This document shows positions 40,890-51,770 of a stretch of 64,000 bases of DNA, piece by piece. Below the pieces are notes generated by a model that was not told the DNA's origin, ran no database searches, and saw nothing but the letters and a program-made list of their open reading frames with translations. Origin of the DNA: an uncultured delta proteobacterium (GTDB lineage: Bacteria > Desulfobacterota > Desulfobacteria > Desulfobacterales > JAFDCJ01); assembly GCA_963769935.1 (NCBI GenBank), contig CAVYNY010000013.1, forward strand, positions 576,001 to 640,000, in the 5' to 3' direction. Both the position numbers and the translations under genes were made by a program. How positions within the stretch are numbered: position 1 is the stretch's first letter; each line of letters starts with the position of its first letter.

Positions 40890-41579
40890 TCATTCCATCT
40901 CCTTGCCGAAGGCGGCCAGATCTTCCAACCCGGCGCGATCAAGTACGGTGATCTTTTTGCCCTCGACACGAATCAAATTTTGGCCCGACAGCTTGGCAAA
41001 GATGCGGGATAATGTTTCCGGAATCGTGCCTAGAATGCTGGCCAACTGCCCCTTGGAAATCTTCAATGTGATGACATCGTCAACCCCCTGTTCTTCGGCC
41101 AGGTAGATAAGATAGGATGCCAGCCGGGCCGGCATTTCTTTTAGCGACAGGTTTTCGATCTGAACGGCAAACTGGCGAAGTTTTTTTGACATTACCGCCA
41201 GCATGTTCAGGGCCAACGAGGGATTGGCTGCAATCAAATTCACGATGGCGGCTCTGGGCAAAAAGAAAACCCTTGAGTTCTCGAGAGCCTGGGCATTGGC
41301 CGGAAATCTCTGGCCGGCGAAAACGGAAACTTCCCCGAAGGGCTGACCGGGACCTAAAATGTGCAAAATCTGTTCTTTGCCTTCGGGCGAAACTTTAAAA
41401 ACCTTGAGGCGGCCTTCGCCCACAATAAAGAAGCCCTTGCCCTCATCGCCCTCCGAAAAGAGAATTTCACCCTTGTTGACCTTTTTCTCCACGGCGATCT
41501 GTTTGATGGCAGCAATCTGATCGCCGGGAAGGCCGTTGAATATCGGAATGGCGGAAATAACATCAGGTGTTTTTTTCAT
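40890..41579 (-). CDS. Crp/Fnr-family regulator (HcpR-like)
   Basis: cNMP-binding domain FGE; HTH GTIPETLSR. Confidence 0.9.
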   Translation of the reverse strand: MKKTPDVISAIPIFNGLPGDQIAAIKQIAVEKKVNKGEILFSEGDEGKGFFIVGEGRLKVFKVSPEGKEQILHILGPGQPFGEVSVFAGQRFPANAQALENSRVFFLPRAAIVNLIAANPSLALNMLAVMSKKLRQFAVQIENLSLKEMPARLASYLIYLAEEQGVDDVITLKISKGQLASILGTIPETLSRIFAKLSGQNLIRVEGKKITVLDRAGLEDLAAFGKEME

Positions 41580-41632
41580 AATAGGGCAGATAACCAAATA
41601 AATCGGATTTGATCAATATTTTTCTCTTCGTT

Positions 41633-41646
41633 TTGATCTAAGTCAA
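41633..41646. promoter_or_regulatory. Fnr/HcpR-type box
   Basis: TTGAT-CTAA-GTCAA between divergently transcribed genes. Confidence 0.75.
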
Positions 41647-41742
41647 GGCATTATAAGAATTGTTGGGATAAATTAGGCTTAAAATAAAAAATCAAACGCT
41701 GCTGATGACGGCGATTGATTGAAAATCGAGAGGATATCACCC

Positions 41743-42471
41743 ATGAAATGTCCCGGACAAGACACCCAATACTGGCAGGCGGGGGCAATCTTTGAAGTTA
41801 AATGCCCGAAGTGTGAACATACAGTGGAGTTTTTCAAGGATGACACGTCTCGCAAATGCGGCAATTGCGGTCATCGGTTTGTCAATCCGCAGATGGATTT
41901 TGGCTGCGCTTCCTACTGCCAGTATGCCGAACAGTGCATCGGGAATTTGCCGCCCGAGCTTTTGGCCCAAAAAGAAGCTTTGCTCAAAGATCGGGTGGCT
42001 ATCGAAATGAAACGCTACTTTAAAAGCGATTTTAAAAGAATCGGCCATGCCACCCGGGTGGCGCGGTATGCCGAACGCATCGGCAAAAGTGAAGGCGGTA
42101 ATCTGGCCGTAATCTTATCGGCGGCTTATCTGCACGACATCGGAATTTTGGCCGCCGAACAAAACCACGGCAGCACGGCCGCAGAATATCAGGAAAAAGA
42201 AGGGCCTCCCATCGCCAGATCAATTTTAATCAAGTTGGGCGCCCAGGAGGAACTGATTGAGGAGGTCTGCGATATCGTCGGGCATCATCATCACCCCGGA
42301 TCCGACGACACCATCAATTTCAAAGTGGTCTATGATGCCGACCTTATTGAAAACCTTGACGAAAAGGTGAAGGAAAACCCGGCCGGCAGGGACAGACTGG
42401 CGAATAAAATAGAAAGAATTTTTTTAACCGCAAGCGGTCGCGAAATCGCAAAAGAAGTTCTGTTGACCTGA
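41743..42471 (+). CDS. HD-domain phosphohydrolase with N-terminal Cys-rich domain
   Basis: CPGQD..CPKC..CGNC..CASYC; H..LHDIG..HHH..DAD. Confidence 0.88.
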   Translation: MKCPGQDTQYWQAGAIFEVKCPKCEHTVEFFKDDTSRKCGNCGHRFVNPQMDFGCASYCQYAEQCIGNLPPELLAQKEALLKDRVAIEMKRYFKSDFKRIGHATRVARYAERIGKSEGGNLAVILSAAYLHDIGILAAEQNHGSTAAEYQEKEGPPIARSILIKLGAQEELIEEVCDIVGHHHHPGSDDTINFKVVYDADLIENLDEKVKENPAGRDRLANKIERIFLTASGREIAKEVLLT

Positions 42472-42575
42472 ACGGTCATCCGGTATCATAAAGGCGCGCA
42501 TGGCTAAAGTTTTCGAAAAATAAGTTGGTCACGAATTGACACGAATGACCACGAATTATTGTAAAGGGAGAGATC

Positions 42576-43352
42576 ATGAAAGTTATACGTAAAATTATAG
42601 AAATCGACGAAGACCTCTGTGATGGTTGCGGCAATTGCGTGCCGTCCTGCGCAGAGGGTGCCCTTGAAATCATAGACGGCAAAGCCCGGGTGGTAGCCGA
42701 TATTTATTGTGACGGCCTGGGCGCCTGCTTGGGTGAATGCCCGACGGGTGCTCTCAACATTGTTGAAAGAGAAGCCCCTGAATTTGATGAAGAAGCGGTC
42801 GAAGAATATCTGGCCGACAAAAAGAATGAAGAAGCCGGGCAGCGAAAGGTCCTGCCGATGGTTGCCGGCGGCTGCCCGTCGGCCAGACTGCAGACATTTG
42901 ATTCGGCAAGGGCCGCTGCCCCTGTGGCCCGGTCGGTCGGCCCATCTGCCGAACCTGAAGCCGATTCCGCTCTTTCTCACTGGCCGGTCCAGATTATGCT
43001 GGTCCCCCCGACGGCACCGTTTCTGAAAGGTGCCGATCTGCTGGTATTGGCTGACTGTGTGCCGGTCGCCTTCCCGAGCCTTCACAGAGATTTTCTGCAG
43101 GGCAAGGCGGTCATGATGGGCTGTCCGAAATTTGATGACGCCCAGCATTATGTCGAAAAATTTGCCCAGATCTGCAAAGTTTCCGGCATTAAAAGTATCA
43201 CCGCGGTGGTCATGGAAGTGCCCTGCTGTTCGGCCCTCCCCATGATCGTGAAAAAAGGCATGGCGCTTTCCGGCGCCAAAATCCCGCTGGAAGAGGTGGT
43301 TATCAGCACGAGGGGAAAAATCCTGGAACGCCGGCAGGTACAGGCGACCTAA
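42576..43352 (+). CDS. 2x[4Fe-4S] ferredoxin-domain protein (HcpR-regulon type)
   Basis: CDGCGNCVPSC, CDGLGACLGECP, GCPKFD, MEVPCC. Confidence 0.88.
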   Translation: MKVIRKIIEIDEDLCDGCGNCVPSCAEGALEIIDGKARVVADIYCDGLGACLGECPTGALNIVEREAPEFDEEAVEEYLADKKNEEAGQRKVLPMVAGGCPSARLQTFDSARAAAPVARSVGPSAEPEADSALSHWPVQIMLVPPTAPFLKGADLLVLADCVPVAFPSLHRDFLQGKAVMMGCPKFDDAQHYVEKFAQICKVSGIKSITAVVMEVPCCSALPMIVKKGMALSGAKIPLEEVVISTRGKILERRQVQAT

Positions 43353-44059
43353 AAACAGGCGCACGGCTCAAGGCGCAAGGCTAAGGGCTCTGGGCTCAAG
43401 CGCCACCTCTGACGGTCGCGGTCGGCCATTCTGATCAGGTTGGAGACTGCGTAAAAATGCCGATGGCGTTAAAGCAGTCTTCTGCGAGCCCTCCGGGTAT
43501 ATGCATCAGTTTTCTTGAATTTTCTAGGTTGGGCAGGTTTCGGTCATTGATTATTGTGATTTGGAGTTTGTTTGTTATTTGGTGCTTGGATTTTGGAAAT
43601 TATTTTTCGTCGGCTGCCATCTGTCTTCTGTCATCCGTCGCCTTTACGCTATGCTCTCTGCGCTATGCCCTCTGCGCATTGCCCTGCCCGGCCGCATTCT
43701 GCCTTCCAAATAATCAGTCTTGCGAGACACATGTGTTTCAAAAATTAATCTGAGACCGTATTGCAAAACTCTTTTTATTGTGATATTCAGCGATTACCTT
43801 TCGCCGTCTTAAAAATTCTTTTAAATCATAACATTATCATGTATCGCATATCGCTGTGACAGCATCTTTTTTTAAACACAGTTCGATGCAGGGGCAGAGG
43901 CTTGTAGACGCTTGGAATTAGCGCACCGCCGTTAATGTGCCGTCGGGTTCATCACGTATGGCATAAAAATTGAAGTTCATACAACAGTTGGGCTGTTGGC
44001 AGCAACGGGTCGCGAAACTCGTATGTTGAACTTCAAATTTTACCGGGGAGTGTAAAAGC

Positions 44060-44278
44060 GTGAAACCCTGCAACCGGCACATCGTCAAAACATTAAAGCT
44101 CGTCGACGAAATGATTAATCTTGCGGACCTGGGAGACACCGACCGGGAAGACAACGGATGCGGCATTCTTTACGGCGTCCTGCGCGATTCTGCTTTCAAA
44201 CTGAGAAAACTGGCTGAAGAAGAAAAACTGAATCACATCCGCAAAGGCTGGTGGCAGGATGACGAATCCTATATGTGA
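44060..44278 (+). CDS. small hypothetical protein
   Basis: [21 protein letters not shown]; co-oriented with the stress genes. Confidence 0.65.
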   Translation: MKPCNRHIVKTLKLVDEMINLADLGDTDREDNGCGILYGVLRDSAFKLRKLAEEEKLNHIRKGWWQDDESYM

Positions 44279-44319
44279 AAAAAATGCCGGCTAAAACTCT
44301 AGAGGTTGGAGGGAAAAAG

Positions 44320-44895
44320 ATGGCAGGATTGAAAGGCACTCAAACCGAGAAAAATCTTTTGACCGCATTTATCGGTGAATCGCAGGCCCGCAACCGCTAC
44401 TCCTATTATGCGAGTCAGGCCAAAAAAGAAGGGTATGTTCAAATATCTGATATATTCTCCCAAACGGCCGATCACGAACGAGCACATGCCAAGCGCTTTT
44501 TTAAATTCCTCGCAGGCGGCGAAGCTATGATATCCGGCGCTTTCGCGGCCGGCATCATCGGCACGACGGCCGATAATTTAAAAGCAGCTGCCGCCGAGGA
44601 AAACCATGAATACACCGAAATTTATCCCGGTTTTGCCAAAGTCGCCGAGGAGGAGGGCTTTGGGGAAATCGCCGCCGTCTTGCGGGCCGTGGCCGTGGCC
44701 GAAAAGCAACATGAAAAAATGTACCTGGACTTGGCGGCCAACATTGAAGCCGGACGTGTTTTCCAGCGAGAGTCAGCGGCAGTCTGGCGCTGCCGCAAAT
44801 GCGGCTACCTGCATCGGGGAAACTCGGCGCCGAAATTATGCCCGGCATGCGCCCACCCCCAGGCTCACTTTGAATTATTAGGAGAAAATTGGTAG
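44320..44895 (+). CDS. rbr: rubrerythrin
   Basis: [23 protein letters not shown]. Confidence 0.95.
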   Translation: MAGLKGTQTEKNLLTAFIGESQARNRYSYYASQAKKEGYVQISDIFSQTADHERAHAKRFFKFLAGGEAMISGAFAAGIIGTTADNLKAAAAEENHEYTEIYPGFAKVAEEEGFGEIAAVLRAVAVAEKQHEKMYLDLAANIEAGRVFQRESAAVWRCRKCGYLHRGNSAPKLCPACAHPQAHFELLGENW

Positions 44896-44995
44896 TTTCG
44901 CTAAATATTTAAATCGTTGGCGGGAATTCATCATCTCGATCTATTCCACCAATCAACCGATCAACTATTCGACTGTACTGAAAGGAGGCAAAAGA

Positions 44996-45370
44996 ATGGC
45001 TGAAAAATTGCAAGTCTACAAATGTGAGGCCTGCGGCAACATCGTTGAAGTTATCCATGGCGGCGAGGGCGAACTGGTTTGCTGCGGAGCGCCGATGAAA
45101 CTGATGGTCGAAAATACGGTGGATGCGGCCAAAGAAAAGCACGTACCGGTCATCGAAAAAGTTCAAGGCGGCGTAAAGGTGAAGGTCGGCTCCGTGGCGC
45201 ATCCCATGGAAGAAAAACACTACATCGAATGGATTGAGATCATCGTCGACGGGAAAGCAGACCGCCAGTTTTTAAATCCCGGCGAGGCACCGGAGGCAAT
45301 GTTTAAAACGGACGCCCAAAAGGTCACGGCGCGTGAATATTGCAATCTACATGGTCTATGGAAAGGATAG
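44996..45370 (+). CDS. dfx: desulfoferrodoxin (superoxide reductase)
   Basis: CEACGN..CCG, EKHVP, HPM..HYI, CNLHG. Confidence 0.96.
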   Translation: MAEKLQVYKCEACGNIVEVIHGGEGELVCCGAPMKLMVENTVDAAKEKHVPVIEKVQGGVKVKVGSVAHPMEEKHYIEWIEIIVDGKADRQFLNPGEAPEAMFKTDAQKVTAREYCNLHGLWKG

Positions 45371-45375
45371 TTGAT

Positions 45376-45891
45376 ATGTTATCAGAGAAAATGCAGGGGG
45401 CGCTCAACGGCCAGCTGAATGCGGAGCTTTACTCCTCATACCTGTACCTGTCAATGAACGCTTATTTCAGAAGTATCAACCTTGATGGTTTCGCCAATTG
45501 GATGTCTATTCAGGCTCAGGAAGAGTTGACGCATGCCATGAAATTTTATGACTTCATCAACCAGCGCGGCGGTAAGGTGAGGCTGCAACAGGTCGAAGCC
45601 CCGCCATGGCAATGGGATTCTCCCCTGGCGGTTTTTGAAGCGACCCTGGAACACGAACAGAAGGTTACCGGCCTGATTAATGCGCTGGTGGATCTTGCTC
45701 TGACAGAACATGATCATGCCACCAATATTTTCCTTCAGTGGTTTGTATCGGAGCAAGTTGAGGAAGAAGAGAGCGTCAACGGTGTTCTGGAACAGTTAAA
45801 GCTGATGGGAGAGGCCAAAGGCGGTCTTTTTATGATTGACCGCGAACTCGCCAAACGCAGTGCCGGCGGAGCACCTGCCGCGGCTCAATAA
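45376..45891 (+). CDS. ftn: non-heme ferritin
   Basis: [28 protein letters not shown]. Confidence 0.95.
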   Translation: MLSEKMQGALNGQLNAELYSSYLYLSMNAYFRSINLDGFANWMSIQAQEELTHAMKFYDFINQRGGKVRLQQVEAPPWQWDSPLAVFEATLEHEQKVTGLINALVDLALTEHDHATNIFLQWFVSEQVEEEESVNGVLEQLKLMGEAKGGLFMIDRELAKRSAGGAPAAAQ

Positions 45892-46101
45892 TATTGGTAG
45901 GTTGTCGGTGGCGCGTTGTTTGTTGTTTGCCGCCGGCGGCCTTTCGGTCGTTGACAAACGACGGGCAGGCGGCAAGCGGCCGGTAACCGGCAGATTGGTC
46001 CCAATGTAGCCGGAGATCACCAGGCGGCTTCCGTCTGCCGGTAATCTAACACCCGTAACAACGGACAACAAACAACGCCCAAATATGAAGGAGGTAATTG
46101 T

Positions 46102-46269
46102 ATGCCAAGCTGGAAATGCTCGAATTGCGGCTACACCTTTGAAGCGGACGCGCATCCCAATGCGTGTCCGTCATGCAAGGAGAAATGCGAATTTCTCGAT
46201 AATACCTGCTATACGCCGGATTGCGCCTACGAGGGTACCGATGACAGAATCGGTAAACCGAAAGCCTGA
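46102..46269 (+). CDS. 55-aa rubredoxin-like protein
   Basis: AAGGAGG RBS; WKCSNCGY..CPSC..C..TCYTPDC; not in the ORF track. Confidence 0.85.
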   Translation: MPSWKCSNCGYTFEADAHPNACPSCKEKCEFLDNTCYTPDCAYEGTDDRIGKPKA

Positions 46270-46375
46270 TTCTGCTTAAACAGACGGAGGGCCGAGTAGA
46301 CCGTCTCCTCAGGTTGATCGATGACACTAGGCGTAAAATTTAGGCACGGTAATTTAGCGTGTGGGAGAGAATAAT

Positions 46376-46810
46376 ATGGCAAAAATCCTTATCGTCTATG
46401 CCACCAGGACCGGTGAAACTCAAAATATCGCGGATCTGATTGCCGAAGGAATTCGGTTTTCCGGCCATCAAGCAAAAGTCGCCAGCGTCAAAGAAATTAA
46501 AAATGAAGCCGATCTGGCAGGCTATGACGGCTATGTTTTTGGATCGTCTACCTACCATGGCGAGATGCTTCAGGGCATGAAGACCTTGCTGTTTCTGGCC
46601 GAGAATGCAAATCTTGCCGGCAAAGTCGGCGGCGCCTTTGGCTCCTTCGGATGGAGCGGTGAAGCCAACGACCGTATTTTTGATACCATGAAGCACATCT
46701 TTAAAATGGATATGGTCGGCGATACGCTGCGATTAAAGTCAAGCTCCCTCGGTGGCGGCCTGCAGATGGCCCAGGAATACGGAAGGCAGATCGCCAAAAA
46801 ACTAGGTTGA
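46376..46810 (+). CDS. flavodoxin
   Basis: YATRTGET, GSSTY, AFGSFGWSG. Confidence 0.92.
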   Translation: MAKILIVYATRTGETQNIADLIAEGIRFSGHQAKVASVKEIKNEADLAGYDGYVFGSSTYHGEMLQGMKTLLFLAENANLAGKVGGAFGSFGWSGEANDRIFDTMKHIFKMDMVGDTLRLKSSSLGGGLQMAQEYGRQIAKKLG

Positions 46811-46858
46811 AGATACTAACTATCATAAATCAAATACCAATACATTGTGGAGGACGTC

Positions 46859-47074
46859 ATGGCTGATAAAGTTTCAACCCCCCAGCATTGCCCCGGTTAT
46901 GCCGATTTTAAAAATTTAAAGGTGGTTGTCTGCAAATGCAGCAAATGCGGCAAGGAGAAAGAAATCTTTTCAGATGAATTCAATAAGGCCCACACGTGCA
47001 GCGGATGCAATGAACCCATCGATTTTAGCGCCTGTTCGATCGAAGGGGAAGGCAAAAGTATTTCTCCACGCTAG
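46859..47074 (+). CDS. small zinc-ribbon protein
   Basis: GGAGG RBS; HCPG..CSKC..EIFSDE..CSGC. Confidence 0.75.
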   Translation: MADKVSTPQHCPGYADFKNLKVVVCKCSKCGKEKEIFSDEFNKAHTCSGCNEPIDFSACSIEGEGKSISPR

Positions 47075-47167
47075 GCGCGAATTGAGTTGGGCGAGTGGTG
47101 GTGGACAATGGTCAATTGGGGTAAAATCCCTAACTTGTAACTTATAAAATTTGTGAGAAGAACATCA

Positions 47168-48157
47168 ATGCTGGTTGTCGGTTTACAGGGTAGTCCCAGG
47201 AAAAAAGGCAATACCAATTTTCTGCTCTCAGCGTTTATGGAGGCGGCCGAAAAAAAAGGCGCTCGAACCCATACGGTTGATGTAACGAAAAAAAATATTT
47301 TTCCCTGCAAGGAGTACACCGTCTGCGAAAAAAAGGGCTTTTGCCCGATTGATGACGATGTCCGAGATGAAATATATCCGTTGTTGCGCCAGGCGGATGT
47401 GGTGGTTTTGGCAACACCGATCTTTTTTTACAACATGAGCTCCCAGCTTAAGGCCGTGATCGATCGTTGTCAGATGTTCTGGGCCAGAAAATATAAACTC
47501 AAGCTGAAGGATCCCGGCGCCGATATGCGACGCGGGTTTTTACTTTCAGTCGGGGCCACCAAAGGCAAGAACCTGTTCGAGGGCCTTCAACTGACCACCC
47601 AGTATTTCTTTGACGCCATCTGGGCAAAATTTGAAGGCAGCCTGACCTATCGCGGGATCGAGGGACCCAACGACATGGCCGGCTATCCGACGGTTCTGGA
47701 AGATGTTGCCAAGGCAGTGGACAACACCTTGGCCCCCTTCCTGGGAAGGAAAAAAGTGCTTTTTGCCTGCCGCGAAAATGCCTGCCGCAGCCAGATGGCC
47801 GGTGCCTTTGCTCAATTTACAGCCGGTGATAAATTCGAGGTCCTGAATGCGGGCAGTGAGCCCGCCGAACAGGTAAATCCGGATATGGTTGCGGTTATGC
47901 ATGAAAAGGGCATCGATATGGGATATCGGGTTCCGCAATCAATTGCGGCGGTAATTTCACACGCTAAGCCTGACTATATCGTCACCATGGGGTGTAAAGA
48001 GGAGTGCCCGCATGTCCCGGGTGCACGGAGACTGGACTGGGATCTGCCGGATCCGGCGGGCAAGCCGATAGAATTTATGCGGGACGTTCGCGATGAAATT
48101 GAAAAAAGAGTAAAAACCTTCATTGACGACATCGCCTCACCCGGACCGGACGGTTGA
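47168..48157 (+). CDS. iron-sulfur-flavoprotein-like FMN reductase fused to an ArsC/LMW-PTP domain
   Basis: GSPRKKGNT, TPIFF; CRENACRSQMA, TMGC..CP, WDLPDP. Confidence 0.85.
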   Translation: MLVVGLQGSPRKKGNTNFLLSAFMEAAEKKGARTHTVDVTKKNIFPCKEYTVCEKKGFCPIDDDVRDEIYPLLRQADVVVLATPIFFYNMSSQLKAVIDRCQMFWARKYKLKLKDPGADMRRGFLLSVGATKGKNLFEGLQLTTQYFFDAIWAKFEGSLTYRGIEGPNDMAGYPTVLEDVAKAVDNTLAPFLGRKKVLFACRENACRSQMAGAFAQFTAGDKFEVLNAGSEPAEQVNPDMVAVMHEKGIDMGYRVPQSIAAVISHAKPDYIVTMGCKEECPHVPGARRLDWDLPDPAGKPIEFMRDVRDEIEKRVKTFIDDIASPGPDG

Positions 48158-48240
48158 AACGAAGCGAAAATCCGGATTTAGCACGCAACGATAACAGATA
48201 CGCCCAATAAGAAGAAAAATTAAAAAAAAGGAGGAAACGC

Positions 48241-48399
48241 ATGGACAGGTATGTATGCACGATTTGCGGTTATGTGTACGATCCGGAGCAGGGTGACCCG
48301 GACAATGGAGTGGCTCCCGGAACCAAATGGGAAGATGTGCCTGATGACTGGGAATGCCCGGTGTGCGGCGCGCCCAAGGATGATTTCGAAAAGGAATAA
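48241..48399 (+). CDS. rub: rubredoxin (52 aa)
   Basis: [31 protein letters not shown]; not in the ORF track. Confidence 0.97.
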   Translation: MDRYVCTICGYVYDPEQGDPDNGVAPGTKWEDVPDDWECPVCGAPKDDFEKE

Positions 48400-48435
48400 A
48401 AGCAGGCTCAAGTTTTGAAAAATTTACAAGAATTC

Positions 48436-48483
48436 GATGCCCTTTTTAGGCAGAAATCCGACATTTCGTCTAAAAAGGGCATC
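48436..48483. terminator. inverted repeat after rubredoxin
   Basis: GATGCCCTTTTTAG-N20-CTAAAAAGGGCATC. Confidence 0.55.
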
Positions 48484-48701
48484 CATTTTTTGGGATCGAA
48501 ATTTGTTTCCCAACCAAAAAACCTCAAACGGCATGCAGGTTGCCTAAAAATGAATCATGTTTATCTTAAATCCTTCGGACGCTAGGGTTCACGAAAAAAT
48601 AAGTTCATAATCTTAGGCGTTGGGGCGCCCGACTGACAAGGCGCGAAAACGCAGAAATATAAGGGAAATCGTTAACCTGAAAATTTAGACTGAGGAGTAA
48701 A

Positions 48702-49901
48702 ATGGATCCGCAACAAATTTCGGAAGGTATTTTCAATGTCGGTGTTACAGACTGGAATATTAGGGATTTCCATGGATATTCCACCGAGCTTGGCACGACC
48801 TATAACGCGTTTCTAATTGTAGATCGGAAGACGGCTCTGGTGGATACCGTAAGGCAGGGCTTTTCCGACCAGTTGCTCGACAATATCTCCAGGGTGATCG
48901 ATCCCAAAAAAATCGATTATGTGATCAGCAATCACACCGAAATGGACCACTCCGGGAGTCTGGCCCGGGTGATGCATCGCATCGGCGAAGACAAGCCTAT
49001 CTATTGCTCGAAAATGGGCCACAAAAACTTGGCGCAGCATTTCCGGCAAAAGTGGAATTACAGGCCCGTCGCCAACGGGGAAGAACTGAGCCTGGGCCGC
49101 CGCACGCTGATGTTTCTGGAAACCCGCATGATCCACTGGCCGGACAGTATGTTTACCTATTTGAAGGATGACAAGATCTTATTTTCGAGCGACGGCTTTG
49201 GCCAGCATTACGCGGGGCCGGAAAAATATGATGATGAGGTCGGCGACAAGATCATGCAGCATGCCAAAAAGTACTTTGCCAATATTCTGCTGCTGTATTC
49301 GACCCACATCCAAAAGCTGCTGGACAATGTATTGAGTCTGGGCCTGGAATTCAAGATGATATGTCCGGATCACGGCATTATTTGGCGCAAAGATCCGGCC
49401 AAAATCGTTGATGCTTACGTGCAGTGGGTCCGCCAGGAACCCCGGCCGAGGGCCGTGGTGGTATACGATACCATGTGGCACAGTACGGAGAAAATGGCCG
49501 AAAACATTGTAGCAGGCATCAACCGGGAAGGGATACCGGCGATGCCGCTGCATTTGAGAAAATGGCACCGCAGTGAGGTAATGACGAAAGTTTTTGACGC
49601 CCGCGCGGTCGTGGTCGGGTCGCCGACATTGAACAACCAGCTGTTCCCCTCCCTGGCGGACTTTCTCACCTACATGAAAGGGTTAAAGCCGTTGAACAAA
49701 ATTGGGGCGGCCTTTGGTTCCTATGGCTGGAGCGGTGAGGCCGTTAAAATGATCAACAACGAGCTCGAGGCCATGAAGTTTGAAATCATCGATCCCGGGC
49801 TGAGAGTTCAATATGTACCGGACAAAGAAGCCCTGGCAAACTGCTTTGAACTGGGCCGTAAGATAGGTAAGGCCGTCAAAAATGAAAATACCGGTTGTTG
49901 A
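48702..49901 (+). CDS. fprA: flavodiiron protein (FprA/Roo)
   Basis: HTEMDH, HWPDSM, SSDGFG, PDHG; C-terminal flavodoxin domain. Confidence 0.95.
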   Translation: MDPQQISEGIFNVGVTDWNIRDFHGYSTELGTTYNAFLIVDRKTALVDTVRQGFSDQLLDNISRVIDPKKIDYVISNHTEMDHSGSLARVMHRIGEDKPIYCSKMGHKNLAQHFRQKWNYRPVANGEELSLGRRTLMFLETRMIHWPDSMFTYLKDDKILFSSDGFGQHYAGPEKYDDEVGDKIMQHAKKYFANILLLYSTHIQKLLDNVLSLGLEFKMICPDHGIIWRKDPAKIVDAYVQWVRQEPRPRAVVVYDTMWHSTEKMAENIVAGINREGIPAMPLHLRKWHRSEVMTKVFDARAVVVGSPTLNNQLFPSLADFLTYMKGLKPLNKIGAAFGSYGWSGEAVKMINNELEAMKFEIIDPGLRVQYVPDKEALANCFELGRKIGKAVKNENTGC

Positions 49902-50103
49902 ATTAAGTGACTGCAAAGTATGCGGTGTCTGTGTGGAAGCCTGTCCGGAGGTATTCCGATTAAATGAAGCCGGCTACATCGAAGTCATCGATTTGGCAGG
50001 CTATCCGGAAAAAGATGTCAATGAAGCCATTAAACACTGCCCGGCCGATTGCATCTCCTGGCTTGATGAATTAAAGGCAGAAGATACCAAGCTAAAATCA
50101 TAA
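49882..50103 (+). CDS. single-cluster ferredoxin
   Basis: CKVCGVC..CPEVF..CP. Confidence 0.88.
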   Translation: MKIPVVELSDCKVCGVCVEACPEVFRLNEAGYIEVIDLAGYPEKDVNEAIKHCPADCISWLDELKAEDTKLKS

Positions 50104-50107
50104 GGGA

Positions 50108-50827
50108 ATGCAAAACCAGAAATTAGGCGGTCGCAAGATCAAGAAAATGATTCAGCAGTTGCTGCTGGCCGAAGATTTTAAAGAGGGGATTGATGCGATT
50201 TGCCAATTGCCTCCCAGGCAGGCTGTCAATCCGCTCTTTTCCTTTTTGTGCAGCCCGGACGAACGGTTGAAATGGCGCGCGGTAACGGCAATGGGCAGGG
50301 TTGTCTCCGATCTGGCCGCAATCGATTTTGAATCAGCCAGGGTCATCATGCGACGCTTTATCTGGCAATTGAACGACGAATCCGGCGGGATCGGATGGGG
50401 CTGCCCGGAGTCGATGGCTGAGGCGATGGCCCAAAATGAAAGACTGGCCGAGGAATACGGGTCCTTGCTGATATCCTATATCCAGCCCGCCGGTAATTTC
50501 CTGGAACATGAAATCCTGCAGCGGGGCGTCATCTGGGCAATCGGCCGATTGGCCCACAGCCGTCCCGAGTACGTCCGGTGGGCGGCGGCGTTCCTTCGGC
50601 CCTATATGGCCTCCGCGGACCCCATTCTCAGGGGCCTGGCGGTCTGGGCCGCAGCTCCCATCGCCGGCCGGGAATTGATTCCAGGACTCAAGCAGCTTAT
50701 CCATGACCGCGGCGAACTCAGCCTATACTGCAATGGAGATACGGCTCGTTATTCGGTGGGACGACTGGCCGCCACGGCATTAACGGCTGCCGAACAGCGC
50801 AGGCTTAACTCTGTAAATGACCTGTGA
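50108..50827 (+). CDS. HEAT-repeat protein (DVU0298-like)
   Basis: RVIMRRFIWQLNDESGGIGWG. Confidence 0.8.
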   Translation: MQNQKLGGRKIKKMIQQLLLAEDFKEGIDAICQLPPRQAVNPLFSFLCSPDERLKWRAVTAMGRVVSDLAAIDFESARVIMRRFIWQLNDESGGIGWGCPESMAEAMAQNERLAEEYGSLLISYIQPAGNFLEHEILQRGVIWAIGRLAHSRPEYVRWAAAFLRPYMASADPILRGLAVWAAAPIAGRELIPGLKQLIHDRGELSLYCNGDTARYSVGRLAATALTAAEQRRLNSVNDL

Positions 50828-50969
50828 TTAAGGCAGTAAAGAATCCTGGCCCAGCTTCCTGCCCGTAGGCCAACAGCCCGGAGGGAGGGGTGCTCGTCAC
50901 CGTCAGATAATCCATGGAATAATGGAATACTGGCCTCCGGCTCGGAGAGCCTACGGATCGGAGAGAAAA

Positions 50970-51770
50970 ATGGAATGGACGCCGGAAGCAGATGATGCCG
51001 TAAAAAAAGTGCCTTTTTTTGTGCGCAAGCGCGTCAGGGAACGGGTTGAAAAGGAGGCCCGTGAGGCCGGTAAAGCGGTGGTCTCACTGGCCGATGTCAA
51101 GGCCACCCAGGCGCGTTATCTGAAGGGTATGGGTTCGGAAGTTAAAGGCTATCAGGTTGAGACTTGTTTTGGACCCGGCGGATGTCCCAACCGGGCGGTC
51201 CCCAGTGATCATCTGCTGGAGCAAATTGAAAGTCTTATCGCCAAAGAAGATATCCGCGGGTTTCTCAAAGACCGTGTAAAAGGAGAGCTGAAGTTTCATC
51301 ACGAATTCCGGCTGACGCTGGCCGACTGCCCCAACGCCTGCTCCCAGCCCCAGATTAGAGATATCGGCATCATCGGTGCCTGCTCGCCGGAATTAACCGC
51401 CGAACCCTGCTCCCGGTGTGAAACCTGCGTTGAGGCCTGCCGGGAAGATGCGATCAGCCTGGACAGTGAAGCCGAATGTCCACAAATCGATTACACCCGA
51501 TGTCTGAACTGCGGCAAATGCATGCAGGTTTGTCCCACCGGAACGATTGCTGAAGGCACCAAAGGTTTCAGGGTGCAGCTGGGGGGCAAGCTGGGCCGCC
51601 ATCCCCAGCTGGCGCGGGAACTGCCGGGTATTTACAGCGAGCAAACGGTAGTCGAAATCGTGAGAGACTGCATTCGACTCTACAAACAACGCAGCCGGCT
51701 CGGAGAACGTTTCGGTCAAATTCTGACCTCTGCCGATTTTGCCGAACTCGCCGAACGATTCCGCAGTTGA
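50970..51770 (+). CDS. sulfite/nitrite-reductase-like 4Fe-4S protein with N-terminal PCP_red-like domain
   Basis: MEWTPEA..VPFFVRKR; CPNACSQPQ..DIG; two ferredoxin motifs; GGKLGRHP. Confidence 0.8.
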   Translation: MEWTPEADDAVKKVPFFVRKRVRERVEKEAREAGKAVVSLADVKATQARYLKGMGSEVKGYQVETCFGPGGCPNRAVPSDHLLEQIESLIAKEDIRGFLKDRVKGELKFHHEFRLTLADCPNACSQPQIRDIGIIGACSPELTAEPCSRCETCVEACREDAISLDSEAECPQIDYTRCLNCGKCMQVCPTGTIAEGTKGFRVQLGGKLGRHPQLARELPGIYSEQTVVEIVRDCIRLYKQRSRLGERFGQILTSADFAELAERFRS

